Of a stretch of DNA of 64,000 nt, positions 54,601 to 64,000 are shown piece after piece. A program made the translations under genes and the position numbers. The first letter of the stretch is position 1. Each line of letters begins with the position of its first letter. The DNA is from Mantamonas sphyraenae STR306 (taxonomy: Eukaryota > Protista > CRuMs): assembly GCA_026936335.1 (NCBI GenBank), contig JAPMXV010000069.1, positions 256,213 through 320,212 on the forward strand, given 5' to 3'. The notes below the pieces were generated by a model, which was not told the origin of the DNA, searched no databases, and worked only from the letters and a program-made list of their open reading frames with translations.

Positions 54601-55860
54601 TGTGGTGGAAGGAGCAGGAGAAATTGGCGGGCGCTGGGTGCGGCGGCCACAGCGGTTGCGTTGGTGTGGCCGATGTCGTGCACCTGCTTGACTTCTGCCT
54701 ACACGATGCCCTGTGGACGCACGCAGGGGGTTGGGGGGTCGGGAGAGAAAACACGGCGGTGGCAAAGGGGAGCCACTTGCGCGGGATCATCGGTGTGGCG
54801 GCGGGGAAGGTGGTGTGTGGAGTCGACACACGGAGTCATGGCGCGGACTGCAGATGCATCGTGATGGGGGAGCAGGTGGGAGGTTGGTGGTGGTGGTGAT
54901 GGATGACGACGCCGTTGAGATTGATTTGGTTGGGAAAGGGTCTGTGTGGGCGAGGAGGAAAAATTGTGGAGGCAGTGGAGCAGCGTTGTGATTGGTGGAT
55001 GGATGAGTGGATGAGCTGGTGATGGGGTATGAGGCATGTGTTGGATGGGCATGTGCACGATATCAGGAGCATGACTCACTGCAGCGCCGTTTCTCCAACA
55101 CCTTTCCTGCACTGGGAGAAGTCTCAGATGCGATGGAACAGTCAAAGGAGAGGTGTAATGGTTGTCTCGACGCTGTCTGTGGGGTTGTGTGGCTCAACGG
55201 TGGCGGTGGAGCACACATGGGTGAGTTTGAGGAAAACGGGGTGGACGGCGTCGCAACCAACCAAATGAATGGGTACAAGCGGATGAGCAGGGCAGTGGAC
55301 AGTGGATTGGAGTGTTGCACAGCGTGGGGCGGGCGGAAATGCCAATGCATGGCGCCATGCATGTGTGCGGTGGCAGTTGGGGCGGAACTGGGCAAACTGG
55401 CAAGGGAAGGTGTGCACAGGACGGGTGACGCAGCGGGTGGTGAAACGGGTTGAGTGTGGCACGGCAGGGAGGGAAAAGCCGACTGCTCTTGTGAAAGCAG
55501 ACTCGGGCGGGGGGACGCAGGCGTGGCCCGTCGCCTTTTTGCGTTCTTCTGGAGGCCCAAGATGGACGCGAATGCTGTTGTGTCGACTGTGCGGAGGCGG
55601 AGCACGAGTACCCAATGGAGGACTGAACGCAAAAGGTGTCCTGCAGTCAGGGGCTGGGGAGCAAGCCATTGTTTGGTAGGTGAGTGATGAGGTTTTGACG
55701 GGGACTCTGGAGGTATGGAGGTCTGTAGGCGGGCTTGAAGAAGGATTCATCTTTATTGCAGGTAGGAAGCGGCTACTGGGCGCCGGAAAGTGGAACCAGA
55801 GGAGTGGACAAGGAGAGAGTGAAGTAGGTGTTCGGATCAAGGGATGCTGTGGGAAGCATG

Positions 55861-57970
55861 GGTGAGAAGGTGACCAGAGTGCGAAGTGGAGCATCAACAG
55901 TGACTGAGAGTAGTTCTGTGGAGGACATGGTGTGGTGCATGGTATAGTGTGGGACGTGCTTGGGGAATACGGCCGGGGCGGGTGCGGCAAACGTGCAGGC
56001 GGCAGAAGCTGGAATGAGAAAGTGACCAGAGTACGAAGTGGAGCATCAACAGTGACTGAGAGTAGTTCTGGGGAGGACATGGCGTGGAGTTCGGTGTAGT
56101 GTGGTTCGTGGTTGGAGTTGTCGGCCGGGCCGGAAGAGGCAGACGTGCAGGCGGCAGAGGGTGGAATGAGAAAGTGACCAGAGTACGGAGTGGAGCATCA
56201 ACAGTGACTGAGAGTAGTTCTGTGGAGGACATGGCGTGGTGTATGGTGTAGTGTGGTCCGTAGTTGGGGTAGTCGGGCGGGACGGCTGAGGCAAACGTGC
56301 AGGCGGCACAAGGTGGAATGAGAAAGTGACCAGAGTACGAAGTGGAGCATCGATAGTGACTGAGAGTAGTTCTGTGGAGGACATGGCGTGGTGTATGGCG
56401 TAGTGTGGTACGTGCTTGGAGTTGTTGGCCGGGACTGGTGAGGCAGACGTGCAGGAGGCAAAAGGTGGATTGAGAAAGTGACCAGAGTACGGAGTGGAGC
56501 ATCAACAGTGACTGAGAGTAGTTCTGGGGAGGACATGGCGTGGAGTTCGGTGTAGTGTGGTTCGTGGTTGGAGTTGTCGGCCGGGCCGGAAGAGGCAGAC
56601 GTGCAGGCCGCAGAAGGTGGATTGAGAAAGTGACCAGAGTACGGAGTGGAGCATCAACAGTGACTGAGAGTAGTTCTGGGGAGGACATGGCGTGGAGTTC
56701 GGTGTAGTGTGGTTCGTGGTTGGAGTTGTCGGCCGGGCCGGAAGAGGCAGACGTGCAGGCCGCAGAAGGTGGATTGAGAAAGTGACCAGAGTACGGAGTG
56801 GAGCATCAACAGTGATTGAGAGTAGTTGTGTGGAGGACATGGCGTGGAGTATGGAGTAGTGTGGTTCGTGGTTGGAGTAGGCGGGCGGGACGACTGCGGC
56901 AAACGTGCAGGCGGCACAAGGTGGAATGAGAAAGTGACCAGAGTACGAAGTGGAGCATCGATAGTGACTGAGAGTAGTTCTGTGGAGGACATGGCGTGGT
57001 GTATGGTGTAGTGTGGTTCGTGGTTGGAGCAATTGGGCCGGACGACTGAGGCACACGTGCAGGCGGCAGAAGGTGAAATGAGAAAGTGACCAGAGTACGA
57101 AGTGGAGCATCAAGAGTGACTGAGAGTAGTTCTGTGGAGGACATGGCGTGGTGTATGGTGTAGTGTGGTTCGTGCTTGGGGTAGTCGGGCGGGACGGGTG
57201 AGGCAAACGTGCAGGCGGCAGAAGGTGGAATGAGAAAGTGACCAGAGTACGAAGTAGAGCATCAACAGAGACTGAGAGTAGTTGTGTGGAGGACATGGCG
57301 TGGTGTTTGGCGTAGTGTGGTCCGTGCTTGGAGTTGTCGGGCGGGACGACTGCGGCAAACGTGCAGGAGGCAGAAGGTGGAATGAGAAAGTGACCAGAGT
57401 ACGAAGTGGAGCATCAACAGTGATTGAGAGTAGTTCTGTGGAGGATATGGCGTGGTGTATGGTGTAGCGTGGTTCGTGGTTGGGGAATGTGGCCGGGGCG
57501 ACTGCGGCAAACGTGCAGGCGGCAGAAGGTGGAATGAGAAAGTGACCAGAGTACGAAGTGGAGCTTCAACAGAGACTGAGAGTAGTTCTGTGGAGGACAT
57601 GGCGTGGTGTATGGTGTAGTGTGGGTCGTGGTTGGAGTTGTCGGGCGGGACGACTGCGGCAAACGTGCAGGCGGCAGAAGGTGGAATGAGAAAGTGACCA
57701 GAGTACGGAGTGGAGCATCAACAGAGTCTGAGAGTGGTTGTGTGGAGGACATGGCGTGGTGCATGGTGTAGTGTGGTTCGTGGTTGGGGAATGTGGCCGG
57801 GGCGACTGCGGCAAACGTGCAGGCGGCAGAAGGTGGAATGAGAAAGTGACCAGAGTACGGAGTGGAGCATCAACAGAGACTGAGAGTAGTTCTGTGGAGG
57901 ACATGGCGTGGTGTATGGTGTAGTGTGGGTCGTGCTTGAGGTTGTCGCGCGGGACGGGTGAGGCAGAAGC
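55861..57970. repeat. 152-bp tandem satellite (~14 units) with a fixed-length ~38-bp hypervariable segment
   Basis: GAGAAAGTGACCAGAGTACGAAGTGGAGCATCAACAGTGACTGAGAGTAGTTCTGTGGAGGACATGGCG recurs every 152 bp. Confidence 0.95.
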
Positions 57971-58308
57971 GCAGCTCTGCGTGCCGGTTTTGGAGTCCGA
58001 GGTTGTTGGGGGGAGGAGGATGCAGAGGTGGAGTAGAAGCAATGTGTGGATGAGGAGTGAACTTAGTCGTGGACTTCACTGTAGGTAGGTGGGCTGTGTT
58101 TTGTGAGCAGTGTGTGAGTTCGTTTTGCGCGGTAGTACGCAACGCATCATACAGCCGTCAGTCGCATTCTTGCAGAATTCTCAGTTTAGGTACAGTGGGG
58201 TAGATAGAGAGGGCTTGCCGGATGGAGTGGTAGTGAAGAGGAGGAGAGTGGCCGCAGAAACGGAGGGCTGGGATTGTTGGTTCGCTCACAACGGGCAAAG
58301 CAGACGCA

Positions 58309-59987
58309 ATGAGCTCGTCGGAGATGGATGAATGGGTGTCTTTACTGGCGCGCGGGGATCATGCACGGATTTGTGGGTCTCTGGAGGCTGAAGGGAGGGT
58401 GGGTTGGGACTGGAACGCAGAGGGATGTTTGGCACGTCAAGGAACGGGTGGAGGGCAGCAGTGGAGTGTGTGCTGACACGGGTGCTGCAGATGTTGTGTA
58501 TCGCTGGCAACACTCTAGGAGACAATGAGGTTGTAGCGCTGGCAGACGCGCTGGGGAAGAATAGCAGTTTGCAGGTCCTGGAGTTGAGCGAGAACGGCGT
58601 TGGGGCACAAGGACTTGCGGCATTATCCAATGCGCTAGAGCAAAACAACAGCTTGCATAAACTGTGCCTCGTGCGCAACGACATCGTGGCATACGGAGCA
58701 GCAGCACTCGCACGTGCTCTGCGTGAGAACAGCAGCCTGAGAACATTGGACCTCAAGAACAACAGCATCAAGGCAGAAGGAGCATCAGCACTGGCGCAGG
58801 CAGTGTGTGTGAACAGAAGCTTGCAGAATCTGTTCCTTAGCTGGAACAGCATCGGGGACGAAGGAGCCGCAGCACTGGCGCAGGGAATGAGTGTGAACAA
58901 CAGCTTGCAGACACTGGACCTCAGCGGCAATAGCATCGGGGCAGACGGAGTAGCAGCACTCGCACGTGCTCTGTGTGAGAACAGCAGCCTCAGGACCCTG
59001 GACCTCAAGAACAACAGCATCAGGGACGAAGGAGCAGCGGCACTGGCGCTGGCACTGACTGAAAACAGCAGCTTGCAGGAAATGAGCCTAAGGCACGGCA
59101 GCATCGGTAACTTGGGAGCCATAGCCCTGGCTCAGGGAATGAGTGTGAACAACAGCTTGCAGAAACTGTTCCTCGGCTTCAATGGCATCGGAGACGAAGG
59201 AGCCGCAGCGCTGGCGCAGGCAATTGGAGAGAACGACGGCTTGCAGACACTGGAACTCTGGGACAACAGCATCGGAGACGAAGGAGCAGCAGGCATGGCC
59301 AAGGGACTGCGTTTGAACAGCTGTTTGCAGACATTGGACCTCGAGAACAACAGAATCGGAGCCGAAGGAGCCACAGCCCTGGCAAAGGCGATAGAGGGCA
59401 ATCGGTCGTGCTGGAACATCGAGGGCGTGTACAATGGCGCGGTGCAGTCGCTGGTGGAGAGGAACAAGGACCAGCACGTGGAGTTTGTGGAATGCGGGGA
59501 TGTGGAGAAGATGAGAGAGTTGAGGGAGTGGGGTGTGCCCGTGGACACGTTTGTAGGGGAGGAAGGGAAGGAAACTGCGCTGGAGCGAGCAGTGAAGGGT
59601 GGGAATGACGAGGTGGTTGAGGCGTTGCGAGCGTGGGGTGCGACGCCGAGGATGAAAACGGTGGCGATGGTGAGGACGAAAGGGTGGAGGAAGGCGTGGC
59701 ATTGGATTGGGTGGGGTGGACAGGTGGATGAAGCGATGGAGGTGGCGTTGGTGATGAATGGAGAAGAGAGGGGCGCGATGTTTGAGTGTGGGGGGATGGA
59801 GGAGTATGTGGAGGAGAGAGGGTGGGAAGGGTGGGTGACACTGCCGGATGAGGTGATGGAGAGGGTGATTGGGTGGGTGGGAAAGGGTGTCGTGCCAGCA
59901 AGGAGGAAGGAAAAGGTGTCAGCGTCTCGGAGGCAGGGATGGAAGATGGTGAAATTTCTTCTGGTGAAGGAGAGGGGTAAGGAATGA
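58309..59987 (+). CDS. LRR-ANK-F-box-like protein 10; join(58309..58398,58491..59987)
   Basis: Exon MSSSEMDEWVSLLARGDHARICGSLEAEGR, intron GTGGGT..CTGAC..CAG, LRRs, conserved ANK/F-box C-terminus. Confidence 0.88.
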
Positions 59988-60035
59988 AGAATGGAGAAAA
60001 AAAAACAGCAGGCAGAGGGGCAGGGTTGAAAGGGT

Positions 60036-63000
60036 TCATTCGAGGCGTAGGCGTTTTGTGGAGGAGAAAGGGGAGGAGGAGGAGGAGGAGGAGGAGGAGG
60101 AAGGGTCTTTGCGCTTGGGCAGGGTGAAGGAGGGGATGGGGTAGGCGTTGACGAGTGCGACTGTGGTGGGTCGGGTGGTGATGTGGGGTGTGATGCGGTC
60201 GATGAGAGTGTGGAGGAGGGTGTGCAGTGTGGCGTCGCTGGGTTTGGGGTTGTCGAGCCAGGCGATCTTGAGGGAGAGGGAGGTGACGCCGCGGGTGAGG
60301 GATTTGCTGATGGCACTTTGCACCTGCAGGCTGGTGAGTCGTGGTCTGAGGAGGCGGACAATGAAGGCCAGGTCGACAGGCGGCACGCCAACGTTGCCCA
60401 GCGCCAGGATGATGTGTCGCAGCAGGGACTTCAGGGTGCCGTTGTTGATCAGCTCACGCAGTGCATGGTGCTCGTATGTGTGCTGACGGCGAGGGTGCTT
60501 GGCTGCGCGTGCCTTCATGTGTGCCAGCAGCGTCTGGAACTCCCGCGCCGTGCAGCCGCCACGCTCGTCGCTGGGACTGTACTTTGCCCAGCCACTGCGC
60601 ACAGACTCAGGATGCCACTTTTCCACCTCGGTGGTGATGAGGTGGTGGTCGTAGTCGCATTGTGTCCAGTGTGGGTCGCTGTCGTTGTCAGCAGGGCGTC
60701 GTGCTTTCTGCAGCCACAGCTGGGTCTGCCCGTGTTCCTTCCAGGTGCTGGGATGGGTCCTGTTGCCGAAAGTGTCCATCTCAGTCATGAGCAGGTGGAG
60801 GAGGGCGAAGTTTGGGTCGCCGTGGTTGTGTGGCTCCTCCAGCCAGCACACCTTCAACCCAGCCTTTGTCACACCCATGGCCAGACCAGCGTCGTGGATG
60901 GCAAGTCTGCACGCCTGTTGATCCACATCACGGCCGAGAAGGCTGAGGGAGAATGCCATGTCGCCCTGGGAGAGGGGAATGTTGCCCAGAGCGAGCTGAA
61001 TCTGTCGGACCAGCGTCAACAGGGTGCCATGGCAGACCACAACACGCGCCTGCAGGGTCATGATGTCGGGGATGTTGTCGATGGGATGCTCGTTGGCCAG
61101 GGTGCGCATGTGGTTCAGCAGTGCCGTGTGCTCCTTTTTGTTGCTGTGGCTGCGCTCGCTCTTGCGCCAATACGTCCAACCACTGCGCACAACGCCATCT
61201 GGCAGTCCATCCTCCACGACCATCATCTCCTCCTTCGTTGGCTCGGGCAGAACAAGCTCGGGGATGTCGAGGGAGTTGATGGCGTCGGCGGTGCTGGGGC
61301 GGGTGTTGATGTGGGGTGTGATGCGGTCGATGAGGGTGTGGAGGAGGGTGTGCAGTGTGGCGTCGCTGGGTTTGGGGTTGTCGAGCCAGGCGATCTTGAG
61401 GGAGAGGGAGGTGACGCCGCGGGTGAGGGTGTGGCTGATGGCAGGTTGCACCAGCTTGTAGGTAACGTGTGGTCTGAGGAGGCGGACAAAGAAGAACAGG
61501 TCGACAGGCGGCACGCCAACGTTGCCCAGCGCCAGGATGATGTGTCGCAGCAGGGACTGCTTCGTGCCGTTGTTGATCAGCTCACGCAGTGCCTGGTGCT
61601 CGTGTGCGTGCTGACGGCGAGGGTGCTTGGCTGCGCGTGACTTCATGTGTGCCAGCAGCGTCTGGAACTCCCGCGCCGTGCAGCTGCCACGCTCGTCGCC
61701 GGTCTTGCTCCAGCCACTGCGCACAGACTCGGGATGCCACTTGTCCACCTTGTTGGTGGCAAGGTGGTGGTCGTAGTCGCATTGTGTCCAGTGTGGGTCG
61801 CTGTCGTTGTCGGTGGGGTGTCGTGCTTTCTTCAGCCACAGCTGGGTTTGCTTGTGCTCCTTCCAGGTGGCGAGATGGGTTCTGTTGCCGATAGTGTCCA
61901 TCTCTGTCATGATCAGGTTGAGGAGGGCGTAGTTGGGGTCGCCATGGTCGTGTGGCTCCTCCAGCCAGCCCACCTTCAGCCCAGCCTTTGTCACACCCAT
62001 GGCCAGACCAGCGTTGTTGATAGCAAGGAAGCACGCCTTTTGATCCATGTCTCGGCCGAGGAGGGTGAGGCAGAGTGCCATGTCGCCCTGGGAAAGGGGA
62101 ATGTTGCCGAGAGCGAGTTGAATCTGTCGGACCAGCGTCAGCAGGGTGCCATGGCAGACCACAACACGCGCCTGCAGGGTCATGAGGTCGGGGATGTCGT
62201 CGATGGGATGCTCGTTGGCCAGGGTGTGCATGTGGTTCAGCAGTGCCGTGTGCTCCTTCTTGTTGCTGTAGCTGCGCTCGTCACTGTGTCCCGTTGTCCA
62301 CCCTTTGCGCACAACACCATCTGGCAACTTATTCGTATTGTCCACGCCTGCTTTCTTCTGTGCGCCCGTGTCTCCGTTCTTGGCCCTCCTTGCCCGTGTG
62401 CTCGACGTTCCTGTCTCTGTGCCCCTGCCAGCCGTGGCTCTGATTCTGCGCTGTCCGCTGCCTTTCATCGAGTGTGAACCAGTACGTCGACTGGTGTGGC
62501 CTCTGCGTCGTCGTGTACGGCCTCTACTTGTGCGTCTCGGTTGCCATTCGTCCGCGTCCTCCTGTTCCATGTCGTCTGCGTCGTCGTCGCTGTCATCTTG
62601 CGGCATGTACTCCTCATCCATGGCATCACCAGTCTCTGCAATGAAGAGTGGGCCCTGAGTTTCCAGCTCGTCGTCCACGTGCTGCTGGGTTGCGTCATTT
62701 GCCTCGCCGTCTTCTTCGTACGCCTCCATCCCTGAGCTGGTCATCCACTCTGTGTTGCTGGACATTGACCATGATTCACGGTGGCCGAAGTTCAGAAAAA
62801 TCATGTCCTCCACGTCGCCGGTGTCATGTGTGTGCGTGTCCTGGTCTCCGTCGTCGTCGTCGCTGTCTCCAGTCTGCCGTGTGTCTTGGTGGGAAGAGGA
62901 CGACGATGTGGTGGTGGATGTGGTCCGCGTGATGCCGACAAAGGCAGGGCTGATGCGTTTGGGGACGCGGTTGTGGTTTGTGGTGGGTTGAGCAGGCGGA

Positions 63001-63626
63001 GGGTGCAACGGAGTCTGAGCGAACTGCATCTGGGCGGTTTGTCGCGGCTGTGGAGGCGGTGGAGGAGGGTAGGCGTAGTATGGGTGGCCTTGATGAGCGT
63101 ATGCGGGGTGCTGCTGGGGATGGGTGTTGACAGGGACCCACATGATGGGTGGTTGTGGGTGCTGGTACGGGTTTTGTACGCCAGAGACGGGCAGCATGTT
63201 CGGAAACGGCTGGGCAGCCATGGGAGGGACCATGTACGCATAGCTGTGGGGAGGACGCGGAGGGTCCAGGCGAGGTGGGAACGGTGAGCGGAAGGCGGTA
63301 CGGACGCCGTCAGGGCAGAAGCGGGACGAAGGGAGGCTGGAACGAGCAGAGAGGGAAAACGGGAGGAGATTGGCAGACGGAGAAACTGGCAACGGGGAGG
63401 GCAGTGACATGGGAGAAGGGAACGGAGAAGGGCGGACAAGGTTGCAGCGGTGGTGATGGGGAAGTGGAGATGCAGGGGAGGAGTGCAGGGAAGCGAGGGA
63501 GGCATGGAGGAGGCAAGGAAGCGGGTGAGGCGGGCAGTCAGAAAACGGGGTGGAAGGCAGAACGCACGCTGGGTAGGTGTTGGGTGTGTGTTGTTGCTTC
63601 GGAGTGTTTGAGTAGTCTTCGTCCAT
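60036..63626 (-). CDS. Paralogue of the 2134-aa protein: two ~375-aa repeats, no nuclease domain (probable in-frame intron 63567-63244; ORF open to 63782)
   Basis: Two highly similar repeats (~60150-61205 and ~61290-62330) share HWTQCDYD/CTAREFQTLL/LALGNVGVPPVDL with 7960..14364. P/Q-rich and acidic N-terminus; ends STKRLRLE. Confidence 0.82.
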   Translation of the reverse strand: MDEDYSNTPKQQHTPNTYPACVLPSTPFSDCPPHPLPCLLHASLASLHSSPASPLPHHHRCNLVRPSPFPSPMSLPSPLPVSPSANLLPFSLSARSSLPSSRFCPDGVRTAFRSPFPPRLDPPRPPHSYAYMVPPMAAQPFPNMLPVSGVQNPYQHPQPPIMWVPVNTHPQQHPAYAHQGHPYYAYPPPPPPQPRQTAQMQFAQTPLHPPPAQPTTNHNRVPKRISPAFVGITRTTSTTTSSSSSHQDTRQTGDSDDDDGDQDTHTHDTGDVEDMIFLNFGHRESWSMSSNTEWMTSSGMEAYEEDGEANDATQQHVDDELETQGPLFIAETGDAMDEEYMPQDDSDDDADDMEQEDADEWQPRRTSRGRTRRRRGHTSRRTGSHSMKGSGQRRIRATAGRGTETGTSSTRARRAKNGDTGAQKKAGVDNTNKLPDGVVRKGWTTGHSDERSYSNKKEHTALLNHMHTLANEHPIDDIPDLMTLQARVVVCHGTLLTLVRQIQLALGNIPLSQGDMALCLTLLGRDMDQKACFLAINNAGLAMGVTKAGLKVGWLEEPHDHGDPNYALLNLIMTEMDTIGNRTHLATWKEHKQTQLWLKKARHPTDNDSDPHWTQCDYDHHLATNKVDKWHPESVRSGWSKTGDERGSCTAREFQTLLAHMKSRAAKHPRRQHAHEHQALRELINNGTKQSLLRHIILALGNVGVPPVDLFFFVRLLRPHVTYKLVQPAISHTLTRGVTSLSLKIAWLDNPKPSDATLHTLLHTLIDRITPHINTRPSTADAINSLDIPELVLPEPTKEEMMVVEDGLPDGVVRSGWTYWRKSERSHSNKKEHTALLNHMRTLANEHPIDNIPDIMTLQARVVVCHGTLLTLVRQIQLALGNIPLSQGDMAFSLSLLGRDVDQQACRLAIHDAGLAMGVTKAGLKVCWLEEPHNHGDPNFALLHLLMTEMDTFGNRTHPSTWKEHGQTQLWLQKARRPADNDSDPHWTQCDYDHHLITTEVEKWHPESVRSGWAKYSPSDERGGCTAREFQTLLAHMKARAAKHPRRQHTYEHHALRELINNGTLKSLLRHIILALGNVGVPPVDLAFIVRLLRPRLTSLQVQSAISKSLTRGVTSLSLKIAWLDNPKPSDATLHTLLHTLIDRITPHITTRPTTVALVNAYPIPSFTLPKRKDPSSSSSSSSSSPFSSTKRLRLE

Positions 63627-63801
63627 TGTGGTGGTGGTGGTATTGGAGTGTATGTGTAATGTGTTGGACTGGTGGAGGGTGTTGTGGGTGTTGGTGATAT
63701 TTTGGTTGAAGGCGGATGGGCAGTGCTGACAACGCAGCGTAGCAGTACGACGGCCACTCACCAGCGACATTTGCACTCCCACCCATTGCCCACTACCCCA
63801 T

Positions 63802-63900
63802 GGGTTAGGGTTAGGGTTAGGGTTAGGGTTAGGGTTAGGGTTAGGGTTAGGGTTAGGGTTAGGGTTAGGGTTAGGGTTAGGGTTAGGGTTAGGGTTAGGG

Positions 63901-63941
<41 letters not shown>

Positions 63942-64000
63942 GGTTAGGGTTAGGGTTAGGGTTAGGGTTAGGGTTAGGGTTAGGGTTAGGTTAGGGTTAG
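63802..64000 (+). repeat. Telomere (TTAGGG)n
   Basis: About 33 units running to the end of the window, G-strand directed outward; one TTTAGGG and one TTAGG variant. Confidence 0.98.

Noticed and set aside
54600-55860. Possible gene between family X and the 152-bp satellite
   Set aside because: Only short ORFs with no motif and no consistent splice model.
55861-57970. CRISPR-like repeat/spacer array
   Set aside because: The variable segments are homologous to each other, the constant part is ~114 bp, no cas genes are present and the context is eukaryotic.
20608-60391. Antisense ORFs over LRR genes (SACASAAAP repeats)
   Set aside because: Shadows of the 84-bp coding repeats on the opposite strand.
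63672-63923. ORF with (VR)n tail
   Set aside because: Translation of the telomeric TTAGGG repeat.

Overview
Eukaryotic chromosome end, probably from a protist: GC-rich, with short GT-AG introns that use CTGAC/CTCAC branch points, and ending in about 200 bp of (TTAGGG)n. From left to right the window holds: two tandem N-terminal F-box-like genes; a spliced two-TM Cache-like receptor; and a duplicated module of [142-bp satellite, intron-containing U6 snRNA gene, 3' end of a 2134-aa repeat protein with a FEN1/XPG-like PIN nuclease domain]. Next come ten paralogous spliced genes encoding 28-aa RNI-like LRRs, an ankyrin-like region and a C-terminal F-box/PRANC-like motif. Among and after them lie a STAND (NB-ARC-like) NTPase with TPR-like repeats, a patatin phospholipase, four orphan genes (two of them paralogues) and a 152-bp satellite with a hypervariable segment. 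A nuclease-less paralogue of the large repeat protein starts within about 180 bp of the telomere. The most notable points are a spliceosomal intron splitting the catalytic AGC triad of U6, and a diversifying LRR-ANK-F-box array clustered with NLR-like, patatin and nuclease genes, a candidate subtelomeric immunity or effector island. All domain calls come from motifs recognised by eye; no searches were run.
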